IMG/VR virus record: IMGVR_UViG_3300049043_000106
Length of the DNA: 33,930 bases
Strand: one strand, 5' to 3'
Source of the DNA: an uncultured virus (IMG/VR IMGVR_UViG_3300049043_000106)
Taxonomy: Duplodnaviria > Heunggongvirae > Uroviricota > Caudoviricetes
A program made the translations under genes and the position numbers. How positions within the stretch are numbered: the first letter of the stretch is position 1; each line of letters begins with the position of its first letter. The notes beneath the pieces are model-generated. The model worked only from the letters and a program-made list of their open reading frames with translations, searched no databases and was not told the DNA's origin. This document shows positions 1-9,704 of this stretch, piece by piece.

Positions 1-59
1 GTTTGTTGTGTCTTTGGACTAGTCTTGTAACGCTTCCTATGCAAAATTAGCAACGGTCA

Positions 60-1930
60 CCTATCCCACCTACGAGAAACTTGCCAGAGAATTACAAGAC
101 AGACTTTGCCTTCTATTGATTAGAGGCTATCTTGAAGGTATGTAAGAGGGTGGTGGTCAGTGACACACGTGGATTCCACCACCTCCAAAAAGGCAAGCCA
201 AGCCCCAGCAGTGCACTACCGCCAAGGCATTCACGGTCATGGGTCTCATAATTCTACTCAGGACTAAGGATCCGTGACTAGGCCATTGGCTTGCCATCTT
301 GAGTCAAGATGCCACCAAGGGCAAACTCTGAAGCGTCACACTCCACCGTGAACGGCTTAGAGAATCCTGCATTGCCAGAGGAGGAGAGGTCAAAGCAGCT
401 CTTTTAGTTTGTCAAAGGACTCTGGCCCTCCCGCGCCCACTCAAAGGCCACGTTGTCCTTGGTGAGACGGGTCAGCCCCAGCCTACGCAGCCCGTTACTA
501 TAGTCCTTGATAAACTTCCTGAAATAATTGGTCAAACCCAAAAAGGACCGCACATTGTCCTTGGGCCGTGGCCATTCCTTGGACCACTCGTGTTCTCCGG
601 GGTCGGCCTTCAGTCCGTCCTTGGAAACCACATGACCAAGATAGCTCACTTCATATTGGAGAAGAACTTAAGCACTTCTAGGGTTGACAAACAACTTGTT
701 CTCCCTAAGACCCTGGAGGACCTTGCGAAGGTGATCCATGTTCATCCTCTGCCCTAATGAAGATGATAATGTCATCCAGGTAGACGAGGCAAAAGTCCCC
801 AATGAACGGTCCGCAAAACATCGTTCATGAAGTTCAGGAACACGGGAAGAGCATTGGTGAGCCCAAAAGGCATCACTGTGTACTCAGTGTCGAACGGGGT
901 ATTGAAGGCGGTCTTCAGGAATATCAGATTCCTTGAAGCCTTATCCTGGTGGTAACCCGACTTCAAGTCCGGTGTTGAAAACACCTTACGCAGAGCCAAG
1001 AGTATCCAACAGGTCATTCAATCCTTGGGTAAAGGATACTTGTTCCTGATCGTGACCTTACTCAAGACCGACGAGCTAGTCCACGCACATCCGGAGAGAG
1101 CCATCCTTCTTAACAACAAAGAGGAGGGGCTCCATACGGAGACGTGCTGGATGTACTCTGCAATTAACCAAGTTCTGTAACTTGGTCATGACATTCCAGC
1201 TTCTCTCGAGGCGAGAGCCGGGTGCGGGTCTATACGGTGTCCCTGTTGACCGGGGACCTTAGGGCAGACCTCATGGGGTTCCCTTATAGGCAGGAAACTC
1301 ATCAGGGAGGTCCTTAGTGATCACGTCACTGGAGCTCTGTCCGCAGTGGCTCTTGACGTGCCGGTGACGAAGACTTCAAGCTGGGCCGTCACCTCAGACA
1401 CCTCCTTGACATGGCACACAATCATGTGTCGTGTCTGCTTGAGAGCATTGACAAACTTCTTGGCAGGACAACGGACATCGTGCCGAGAGGCCCGCTTCTT
1501 AGCAAGAGCCGAATCAAGCCGGATGATGTGTCGCTTCTCACCCTTAATCAAGGTGACGGTGGCCGAACACGTAATTGAGGATGGCTTTTTATTTTGACAA
1601 GCGCCATGATTCTGGCCCAGCAACAGGTCAAAGTGGGACCCCGGGTCCACGCCTGTCACCGCTGACTTTGCTCTTAAACTTTTTCACGACAATGCGTGAC
1701 GGTGGGTCTCGCCCCAGTTGCGGAGGCGGAGCTGTACCGTTCTCCCCATTCCGTCTTAGCCCGGGTACAACTGAATGGACAAGCCCATGTCAATGGCAAG
1801 CCTTTTGTTGATGAGGCACTCCCCATCAAAGGCAGTGTCCAGGGATTCCGGAGGCTTTAAGTGCGGCCACCCGAGCATGTGTTCCCGAGACCGTGGCAGG
1901 CAAGATTAAACAGCAGATTGTTGTTCAAGG
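60..1930 (-). CDS. pol: Ty3/Gypsy pol fragment (aspartic protease - reverse transcriptase - RNase H), frameshifted, runs off the window start
   Basis: Minus-strand motifs in Gypsy order: protease LDTAF (~1820-1835) and FDLLLG (~1617-1635); RT SPYGAP..LFVVKKDGSLRMCVD (~1078-1145), IRNKYPLP (~1027-1050), DLKSGYHQ (~945-968), MPFGLTNA (~851-875), LVYLDDIII (~763-790), YLGHVVS, VRSFLGLTNYFRKFIKDYS; RNase H FTVECDASEFALGGILTQDG (~293-352). Confidence 0.95.
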
Positions 1931-2620
1931 CCGCGATCTCCTGGGGAAGGCTGTGACGGGTCTCTTGCCATCAACATAAACAGCCGTGGCCCAAGTGTGG
2001 CCAAGCACTTTCTTTCCGCTGTGCCCATCAGGTCGAGATAGCATGCCAGATCTTAGAACCACAGGGAAACTCTTTGATCTTGTCAAAACCTTCTACCATG
2101 GAGGCCCAGGGACCGCCGGCAGGCGCTCCCGACAGGGTAGGACAAAGATCCCGGCGAGGCCTGAGATACAACTCCTTCCTTGATCATGATAGTGTTTTAG
2201 GTAGGCCTCTATGGTTGTGTTATGCTGCGGGTGGACAGAACCAGACACATTTACCGTTGAGGTCTTCGTTCAAGAACCCATCATTACAGGATGTCTTCGT
2301 CAATGCACACTCAACATCCGGTGCTGCAGTTCGAGGTTGGGCTCAAGACCAGCCATCTTACAAAGATGTTCAACCTGATCAAGCACTAAGAGCTTAGTCC
2401 AACCATCGGCAGAACAGGGGCTCATCACTGAGCAACGTCCAAGTCATTCTGGCAGAGATCTTTCAGAGCTTTGGGGACTTCGACTTCTCTGTCCTTGCCC
2501 TTCTCTCTGTGACACTGCAAAACAGAGGAGATGAGGATCAGCGAGGAGGAGGAGAGGGCAGTGCGACGGTAGATGCCTTGAGAGGACTTACTCTTCAAGA
2601 TTCTCCACTCAGGCCACTGT
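1930..2620 (-). CDS. gag: Probable gag of the minus-strand Gypsy element (frameshifted)
   Basis: Directly upstream of the protease on the same strand and of similar composition; a GHTW motif near 1995-2005 may be a degraded zinc knuckle. Boundaries are uncertain. Confidence 0.55.
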
Positions 2621-3216
2621 GGCCTCCTTTTCCGCAGTAAGTGCAGGACTTTGAAACATACACGCACGGGCGTGTATAAGCTGCAACACACGAGAAACAC
2701 TAGAAAACGTAAGAAGGGTCCTCAAAGCCCTCCGACGCCACAGAGCTCGGCGCCATGCCTGGCACCAACGCCACGACCAGGCGCCGAGGGAGGTAACTGC
2801 CGGCGGTTACCTCCTCGGTGGGCACCTCCACCCCGAGATCCTCGAATGATGGATCCGGGGCGGGTCACGATAGGCCATCAGGTCTATCGTCGACCCACCG
2901 GTGCAGGTCCACGGATGAACACCGATGGACCGCCGCTGGGAACCACCGGGCTGGTTCTCGAAGTACTACCACTCAGTGCGAGTAGTACCGGAGATGGTCA
3001 CCGCCATGAGGTCCCGGTTGAACCCGGCAAACCCCATGGTTGCGCCGCTACGGCGCACCCCCTTTGCCGGTATATTGAACTGGGGGGCCATCCCTGGCCC
3101 TCGCCCTTGGTACTACCGGGGGTTTAACTTAACCAAGATCTCGTGTGGCCTAACACGGACCTTGGTGTGCTCCGTTTGGGTGTGCTAAGTCCAAACGTCA
3201 CACATGATGCAGGTAA

Positions 3217-3875
3217 TTAGCTACCAGGGGTATGTATAAACACATACCAATACCCCTGATGAGACTTTCGCATTATTGGCCTTGTCAATGTCGGCCTTGG
3301 TAATGTCCGCACCATCCTTGCTCTTTTCAGGCGGCGGGATCCAGGGCTCTTTAGGCTTTTTGCCACGGGAATCCTTAGCCTTTTTCTGCTCGGGTGCATC
3401 GTCAGAAGCGACCCTTGCGTTTCTCGTCCTCCTCGTGACGGGGTTTCTCATGCCGGTCAGGCTGATACCACCAAGTTCCTTCTTCCACGCTTGCGCGGCG
3501 TGGCCCGTGTTGGCATAGTAGCGAGTCTGCACACGGTCTCGGCCACTTCCATCAAGAGCTGTGCCCACTCTGTCCAAGTGCCCATACAGCTGGTGCCTTC
3601 CAGGCTGGACTTCGAACTGCCGCTGTTCCTCAAGCCCGGATAATGAAGTCGCAGCACTTGTGTGATGTCATTGGGCCTGGTGAGCCGGATCAGGGTGGTT
3701 GAGCCAAGTCCTGGAGCCGGTCGCCAGATGTTCATCATAGCCATCTTCAAGTCTTGGTCATCTTCAAAGTCTTCGAATTGGTCAGCAGTGCATGAGCACT
3801 TTTGGCCTTCTTGAAGGAACCCAGCAAAGCATTTGTAACGAGTCAGCAATATGGGGCATGCACTAATATACAATG
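3217..3875 (-). CDS. Possible frameshifted hypothetical ORF with a Lys-rich C-terminal part
   Basis: Overlapping minus ORFs 3457-3909 and 3221-3577 read as protein-like (FEDFEDDQDLK; APEQKKAKDSRGKKPKEPWIPPPEK). No family recognised. Confidence 0.3.
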
Positions 3876-3877
3876 AA

Positions 3878-3924
3878 AGCAATACGTCCATAGGTAATTG
3901 AACGAACACTCAGTTAAGATAGCT
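3878..3924. other. Possible internal nanopore adapter remnant (read-concatenation point)
   Basis: AGCAATACGT (3878-3887) and TAATTGAACGAA (3895-3906) resemble adapter AGCAATACGTAACTGAACGAA with a 7-nt insert; TCAGTTAAGATAGCT (3910-3924) resembles the opposite adapter strand TCAGTTACGTATTGCT. AT content rises right after it. Confidence 0.45.
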
Positions 3925-4117
3925 ATAACACGACGAGGAGGATTATGAATATATCGTATGACATACTATGAGATAATTAAATATATAATTAATTGGGAGA
4001 TTAATTGAGATGATATTCCTCAATTACATATGCCATAGCCATATCGTGAGATCCTATGTATGACATAAGGTAAGTATGAACCTAACACGAAGCTATGAAG
4101 AACCTAGTTAGGGATAA

Positions 4118-4165
4118 CCTAAGGATTACCCTAGGATTACCCCTCGATTATGCCTTGATTATGCA
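4118..4165. repeat. Short degenerate ~11-bp tandem repeat (CCTnnGATTAy), 4 copies
   Basis: cctaaggattac / cctaggattac / ccctcgattat / gccttgattat. Confidence 0.55.
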
Positions 4166-4345
4166 ATAACCTACCTTCTATTCCTGAGCACCACATGGTC
4201 TCACAACTTTAAATAGTACCCTTGGAGCCGGCTGGATTTGAAGGGTGTTTACCTCGCCAGAGGGCCCAAGGGGCCGCAGGGTGCCCTTCCAAGTCAAGGT
4301 TGGTCAAGGCTGACAAGTCCTAGACATTGACCCTTGAGTTTTCAA

Positions 4346-4625
4346 TGTCATAGGCATGCACATGCCTTGTTTCTGCTAATGCAGATGGCATGGACTAGGC
4401 ATGAAGCCCAAGTGCAAGGCACTAAGTGCATGTGCAAGTGTATCTAAGCCAAGCTACGCTAAAGACCTGGAGACTGTGTAAATACAAGGGGAAACTCTGC
4501 CTCTCTGAGCACTCGACTATAGCTAAGTAAAATCGCTTCCGCTCCTGGTGATTCGCAAGGGCAGCGTTTCATTGCGAAAAGTCGGGCCTTAGGTCAAGCC
4601 GCAAACAAAGGCGAAGGCGCTGACA
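4346..4625 (+). repeat. 5' LTR of Gypsy element 2 (280 bp)
   Basis: Starts TGTCA (4346-4350) and ends TGACA (4621-4625), a perfect terminal inverted repeat. Contains a TATA-like TGTAAATA (~4477) and is followed 3 nt later by a PBS-like site and then gag. No 3' LTR is present to confirm it. Confidence 0.7.
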
Positions 4626-4628
4626 GCG

Positions 4629-4640
4629 TGGTTTCGAGCC
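4629..4640 (+). promoter_or_regulatory. Primer-binding site (tRNA-iMet-like)
   Basis: TGGTTTCGAGCC just after the LTR end; two differences from the plant iMet PBS TGGTATCAGAGCC. Confidence 0.6.
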
Positions 4641-4708
4641 GAATCCCTGGGTTACACAGCATAGAAAACGACCCCAGACATCCTAGAATTCGTTTTGTGG
4701 TCGACGAC

Positions 4709-5990
4709 ATGGCTTCAAAGACGTATAAGAGTGCTGAGCCTTATCCTGGAAGCGCCTCGAATGGCAAGTCCAGGCGTTGCTTTCAGGAGAAACGAGCATT
4801 GGAAGTTGGTCTGTCCAAGAACGCTGAGAAGGCTCCTGAAAGGAATCGTGAGGCCTGGAACACCCCACAAATCCAGACGTCGGATCCTCCTGCTAGAGAG
4901 GCAACGTACTTCTCGATGAGAACCAGAATCCTGCTAACCCCAGAACCTGACGACCGGTGATTCAAGATTGACCAGCCATGTCTCGGAGAGATTGGTGGAA
5001 AGCGGGAGGAGTCCAAAGGTGGGGAAGTACTATCAGCCTGCCCAAGGTGATGGACAAGCCGGGCCAGCCCTGGGAGAGCTCAGAGCTTGGATTGAAGCTC
5101 TCAGGACCTACGTGCCCAATGTGAAAGCTTGGGTACTATGGGTTTGGAGAAGTTCTTGGAAGGAAGGATGAAGGGCCATATCAAGCGGATCACTGAGAAG
5201 CAAGTGGCTAAGCTGAAGGCAGCAGGAACCTTCCAAGAGAACTTGGACTGAATCGTCAGAATCTGGTGCCAAGCGGTTTGGACTGGATGATGATGATGAT
5301 GCACGGCCCGGAAAAGCTCAGGAGCTGAGTTTCAATGGAGGAAGCCCAGCTCAGAGTTCATGGTGAAGATCGAGGCTATCTTTGATGAGATGGTTAAGGA
5401 TCCATTGTCTCCGAGAGTAAGGTGCAGAAGCTTCTTCAATTGTGTGAAGATTCCTTCCTTGGTTCAAGCTGTGGAAGTACAATCCCACTACTGGAAGACC
5501 ATGGACTGGTGACACTCAGTGGGATGAGCTCTATGATTTTATCATGGAGAGGTATGGCACTACCACGTGGACGAGAAGGGACAGGAGAGATCTGGTGTCG
5601 ACAGACACCTTGAGAAGAAGAGAGCTCGAGAAGCTCCTGGTGGGACCGGTGGATCCGACTCCAACCCCACTCCTTCCAACCCTCAGGGTTTCCAGAACAA
5701 GAAGTTCAAGGATGGAAAGGGAGGAGCTGTCCCTCGCGGAGCGAATCCGAAGAAGCCACAGGCCCAGGGCCATGGCGCAGGACCACTCCAAAGGAGCCCA
5801 GGGGCAGGAGGCCGGAGGAGAGGAAGCCCTTCAAGATTCCCCTGGAGAGTGCCAGGCCTTCTACAAAGCCAGGAACCTGGACTTCAGGGTGTGGAGAGCC
5901 CTTTGGCCCCGGCCACGAGCTCGGGAAGTGCACGAAGAAACCTGCGTTTCCCAAGGATCTCCAAGCTCACCTCAAGAAGCAGATCTTTGA
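4709..5990 (+). CDS. gag: Gag (frameshifted) with C-terminal zinc knuckle
   Basis: ATG at 4709 after the PBS; purine-rich coding strand; knuckle (D)FRCGEPFGPGHELGKC at ~5880-5931, read across one indel. Confidence 0.75.
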
Positions 5991-6309
5991 CTTCAACAAG
6001 AAGAAGTGACTCCTTGGGGAGTGTCTCAGCATGGAGTGTGGCTTGCTCACTGAAATCTGAAGGTGACCTGCCTAGTTTGGATTCTGAGGATGAAGAGCGT
6101 GGGGCGACCCAGTCTGCCGGATATCCGAAGAGACCAAGCGTAGCTCTCAATGTAGTGACACTCCATATCCCCATGGTGGAGAGCCACCAGAACCCGAGGA
6201 TAGTGATGAGGATCCGCCCTAACTTGATGGAGGAGTCAGGACTGAGGAAGAGGAGCAGGAGATGGTGAAGCCCCCTGTGAGTGAGCTAGGTGGACCCAGA
6301 GCTCGCAGG

Positions 6310-6735
6310 AAGCTGAAGAACTCGGAAGGAGAGGCACTGCAGGCAATGGTGCCCCACAAGTTCACCCTGGAGGCTTGCGCTGATGATGCAGGGAAGAACA
6401 GAGTGTTTAGAGAGATACCCTTCTGTTCCCCTGCCCAATCCTTCTTGGAGAGGGATGTGTTGGAGAGCATGTGTATTGCAACCCACCTTTCAGGACCCGG
6501 TGCCTTTCTTGGCCCACATCAACCAGGTGCTATGAGGAGGCACCCACAGGACCTACTGCTCTAGTGATTCTTCCCGGTTGAATAGGGGAGACTCCTCAAA
6601 GACCAGACTGCAAGGATGGCAGGTACTCAGGACCTATCCCAGGAGGAGTAAGATCTTTGAGCAGGAAGTGGATGGGAAGTACCAACCCATGGGAGGAACC
6701 CCCTGGCCAAGTCAGGTTTGGTACAAGGCACCCAT
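6310..6735 (+). CDS. Dam-like DNA N6-adenine methyltransferase domain inside the Gypsy polyprotein
   Basis: FTLEACADDAGKN (6361-6399, motif I-like), FCSPAQSFL, then after a 1-nt slip GEHVYCNPPFR (NPPF at 6480-6491, catalytic motif IV), ALVILP, and TPWPSQVW. Confidence 0.8.
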
Positions 6736-6769
6736 GCCAGAGAGACACTTCTTTGGTGACACGGGTCAT

Positions 6770-7170
6770 CCTACCTTTATCTGCAAGGGTAGTGTAGCCA
6801 ACACCCGCGGCGGTGGGTCTTCTCCATGAGAAAGTGGAGGTGGGAGCAGAAGGTGATGATAGGATCTCTGAAGAAGGTCCTGCTGGACATGGAGCCACAG
6901 ACTCCTTTGTCAATCCCAAGTGGTTACGTCAGAGCTGGATACTCCATGGAAGTCCTGAAGCCGGCCAACCATGTGGTGAAGCTAGCCAATGGACAGGAGG
7001 AGCCGTGAAGGGTCTCATCAGGTTGCCTTTGAAGATTGGACGGTACAAGGGCACAGTGAAGCTCTTTGTATTGGACATAGGTGACTATGATGTTATCCTT
7101 GGAGACCAGTGGCTGAGGGAGAACAAGGCCTACATTGACTATGCCAACAAGTCATGTCCTGAGGAGAGGT
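6770..7170 (+). CDS. pol: Retropepsin-like aspartic protease of Gypsy element 2
   Basis: VLLD(T)GATDSFV (~6877-6911, one base missing), VKLANG, and DIGDYDVILGDQWL. Confidence 0.9.
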
Positions 7171-7489
7171 AGCACAGAGATGGGTGATCAGGCCTTACAC
7201 CTACAAGGAGCCAAGTCCTAAGGTACAGGGCCCCTAGAAGCTTCTCTCGAATGGCTCGAGGTCAAGAGGCTTTTGCCTAAGGCCAAGCAGGTGTATTGGG
7301 TGATTGTCAGTGACGGACAGACTCAATGTCTGCCAGCTTGGAGGATTAGGTGTGGACCTCAGTAAGCTTGAGGAGGTGGAAGGATGCGGAGACACGAGGA
7401 CCCGGCGGAGGAGACTCTGACGTCTTCCGGTCCAATTCCGCATTGGAATCCATGAAGCAGGCTAGTTCTGCCTGATACAAATCCCCGGA

Positions 7490-7661
7490 GGAAGGAGCCG
7501 ATGCCGACGCCGTTGTAGTAGCGGGCGATCGCCACCCAGTCCGCCGCAGCAAACTGGGTGGCCGGATCTCGCGCGCGCGCCATGTACGCGTCGCGCGCCT
7601 CGAACGCCCGCATGGCTATTGCGACGCAGAGCAGGGGGTAGGGCAGGGTGCTGGTGCTCAT
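7490..7661 (-). CDS. Small phage hypothetical protein, truncated at the junction
   Basis: GGAGG RBS; ATG at 7661 overlaps the upstream stop (ATGA); GC-rich codon usage. Confidence 0.55.
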
Positions 7662-8059
7662 GGCGCCACCTCCGGCATCTTCAGGTTATGGCGCTGGGCG
7701 AACCGCTCCGCCTGCGCACGGGTAGACGACACGCTCGACCCACGGCACCGGCGAGGCGGTTGCCTGCAGCCGGGAGGGACCAGCAGATCCGGCAGTGGCC
7801 GGGACTCGAGTTGGCAGCCTTGAGCGGCGTATGGCGAGGGCGCTCATCGCGCCACCTACCCGGCCCTCAATGGCCGCGTCCAGATTCGTCAGAGGGGTAA
7901 GACGAGAGCCGCTGCGATAGGCCACTGGTGACAGTGCGCCATGTCGACGACCTGCACGACTCCTCTGGCAGTGCCTCATCGAGTTCGGCGATGCGCCCAG
8001 AGGCGGAGGGCCGTCGCTGCGCTACGGCATGTCGCCAGCCGGTCAGACGGCGCGCTCAT
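7658..8059 (-). CDS. Two small translationally coupled phage hypothetical genes (8059-7844 and 7847-7658), frameshifted
   Basis: ATGA start/stop overlaps at 8056-8059, 7844-7847 and 7658-7661. Confidence 0.45.
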
Positions 8060-8370
8060 CGCGCACACCACCTTGACCGTGGCCTTGCGGACGCTGATCT
8101 CGCACGTTGCCGTCGATCCACTGCTGGGTCACGCCCAGCCGCGAGCAGCCGGGCCTTGGCGGCCGCGACGTCGAAAGTGCTGACCAGCGTCTCGTCGGCT
8201 ACGCTGGCGCGGAAGAGCGCGCCCTCGTAGGCGCCCTTGCCCTGCGCCCGGAGCGACTCAGCGATCTGGTCGGCCTCGCGCTCGAGGTCGGCAATCTGGG
8301 CCTTGAGAGCACCGAGGCGATCGACCGGGTGCTGGGCGGGGAACTGGAGGACGTTGACTGCTGCGTTCAT
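8056..8370 (-). CDS. Phage hypothetical protein (MNAAVNVLQFPAQHPVDRLGALKAQIADLE...)
   Basis: GGAG RBS before ATG 8370, coiled-coil N-terminus, first gene after a leftward promoter. Confidence 0.75.
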   Translation of the reverse strand: MNAAVNVLQFPAQHPVDRLGALKAQIADLEREADQIAESLRAQGKGAYEGALFRASVADETLVSTFDVAAAKARLLAAGRDPAVDRRQRARSASARPRSRWCAR

Positions 8371-8409
8371 GATGATCTCCGATGACTGATTGGTTGCTCG
8401 ACGATGGAG

Positions 8410-8501
8410 AGTCTGAGGGAAGTTCCTGCCGGTGTCAACACTTTCGATGAAAAAAGTTTTTTCGCGAAATGTGTTGACGCGACAATCGGTTGTGATAGGC
8501 T
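8410..8501. promoter_or_regulatory. Back-to-back sigma70-type promoters
   Basis: Minus strand: TTGACA (8438-8433)-17 nt-CAGACT. Plus strand: TTGACG (8474-8479)-16 nt-TAGGCT. An A/T tract lies between them, and genes diverge on both sides. Confidence 0.7.
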
Positions 8502-8539
8502 TTGATCGTCGAGTCATTCATTACGTATCGGAGATCACC

Positions 8540-8855
8540 ATGAACATCTTTACCGCCTACGACGCCCGCCGCCAGAAGCAGCACATGGACGCAGTTCGTG
8601 AAGCGCGCCGTCATTGCCGAACTCGAAGCGTTTGTGCTTCAGCACCACAACAGCCGCAGAGACGATGCCCCGAAGCGAGTTAAGGCTTCGGCGGAGGCTG
8701 GCGGCCACACCGTCCGCGCCGTTGCCACCCGGGCCGACTGTCGCTCCGTTTCAAGGGGCGCCCTGCGCAAACCCCACTACACCGTGCGGTGGTACCTTGA
8801 CGACCGGGTCGTCTCGCGCGCAAATCTGATCAAGGCGCTCGAGGTGGCAGCATGA
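8540..8855 (+). CDS. Phage early hypothetical protein (one frameshift)
   Basis: GGAG RBS and ATG 8540 (MNIFTAYDARR), joining the 8598-8855 frame; ATGA overlap with the next gene. Confidence 0.7.
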
Positions 8856-9099
8856 AAAGCATCTCGATCCAGATCGCCGAACACTTCGGCTGCGACATCA
8901 ACGACATCAAACCCTACCACTATCAGCCGGGCCGATGGACCCGAAAGGTCTACGCCGGCATGGACGGCAACCGCTACTGGTCGGCAGGCGGCGCGACCCC
9001 GCCGAGACACCGCGACGGCGACGACGATCTCGTCTGGCGTCGCGTCAAATCGAACTGGTTGGGCAACCCAACCTCTGGGTCGGCGAGGTGGCATCATGA
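8852..9099 (+). CDS. Phage hypothetical protein (MKSISIQIAEHFGCDINDIKPYHYQPGRW...)
   Basis: GAGG RBS and ATGA overlaps at both ends; the ORF track reads past the end because of an indel near 9073. Confidence 0.7.
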
Positions 9100-9287
9100 G
9101 CGCCCAGCACAAGGTCGACATCTTCGAGGCGTTCGACATGGACTTCTCCACCCTCAAGCCCGGCGCGCCGTACTGGCGTGGGGCCATCCGCCTCGGCAGC
9201 AGGACCTTGGCGCGCACCCGCCGGCACAACACTCGCAAGGCCGCCGAGCGCGAGGCCAAGGCGCTCCTGAAGCAACTCCAGCCCTGA
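9096..9287 (+). CDS. Phage hypothetical protein, 63 aa
   Basis: Intact ORF, GAGG RBS, coupled to the previous gene. Confidence 0.75.
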   Translation: MSAQHKVDIFEAFDMDFSTLKPGAPYWRGAIRLGSRTLARTRRHNTRKAAEREAKALLKQLQP

Positions 9288-9381
9288 GCATGGGGCGCCG
9301 GTAGGCATCTGCCGGCCCAGCGCGATGCGTCCGCGCCTTCCGCAACCCGCGCCTGCCGGGTCGACGCAAGCAGGCAACCAC

Positions 9382-9570
9382 ATGACCCGAGTCTGCCGCT
9401 CCTGCCATCAGCCGTTCGCCACCGCCGAGTCCATCCGCGTCCACCGGCGCGACTACCTCTGCCGGCCGGCCGACACCCTGCTCGCCCTCGGCTGGACCCT
9501 GACGCCTCGCGGCTGGACGCAACCCGGCGTCGCACGGTCGCCGTACAGCCGGCCGAAGCCCAAGCCCTGA
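9382..9570 (+). CDS. Small putative zinc-binding protein (CxxCH..F......HR....C.P)
   Basis: MTRVCRSCHQPFATAESIRVHRRDYLCRP; spacing resembles phage FDXHR-type zinc fingers. Confidence 0.65.
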   Translation: MTRVCRSCHQPFATAESIRVHRRDYLCRPADTLLALGWTLTPRGWTQPGVARSPYSRPKPKP

Positions 9571-9628
9571 CCCAACAGCCACCCGAGGCGCGCGCCGCTC
9601 CTGCGCCGTCTCCGCGCGTCTCAGACGC

Positions 9629-9704
9629 TGTGGACAAACCTGTGCGCATCCTGTGGAAAGCCTGTGGGTATCCTGTGGATAACCTGTGGATATCCTGTGG
9701 ACGA
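9629..9704. repeat. Array of seven same-orientation DnaA-box-like 9-mers
   Basis: TGTGGACAA 9629, TGTGCGCAT 9641, TGTGGAAAG 9652, TGTGGGTAT 9663, TGTGGATAA 9674 (perfect), TGTGGATAT 9685, TGTGGACGA 9696; spacing 12,11,11,11,11,11. Confidence 0.85.

Larger units (their letters stand above)
1..2700 (-). mobile_element. Ty3/Gypsy LTR retrotransposon 1 (partial, eukaryotic)
   Basis: gag-PR-RT-RH order with Gypsy-type RT motifs. No LTR or PBS could be placed confidently. Confidence 0.9.
4346..7495 (+). mobile_element. Ty3/Gypsy LTR retrotransposon 2 (5' half): LTR-PBS-gag-N6A MTase-protease, cut off at the start of RT
   Basis: Ordered LTR, PBS, gag with zinc knuckle, NPPF domain and protease, then pre-RT motifs SDVF (~7416-7427) and DTIP.EEGA (~7474-7499). 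Confidence 0.85.

Noticed and set aside
60..1250. Phage-linked reverse transcriptase system (retron, DGR, Abi)
   Set aside because: The RT has Gypsy motifs with protease and RNase H, belongs to the eukaryotic segment, and is separated from the phage by probable chimeric joins.
3460..3470. Minus-strand PBS TGGTATCAGCC for element 1
   Set aside because: No adjacent LTR end (CA) precedes it, and it lies inside a protein-like ORF.
6310..6735. Methyltransferase captured from the adjacent phage
   Set aside because: It sits inside the gag-protease frame, ~750 bp before the junction, and has retroelement-like rather than phage-like composition.
7500..7700. N-acetylmuramidase (DUF3380-like) endolysin suggested by DWVAIARYYNG and a GIF.VM-like string
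   Set aside because: The two motifs are on opposite strands, and the minus-strand ORF has its own RBS and ATG at 7661, leaving no room for the catalytic domain.
9629..9704. CRISPR array
   Set aside because: Units are 11 bp with no unique spacers and no cas genes nearby; they match DnaA boxes.
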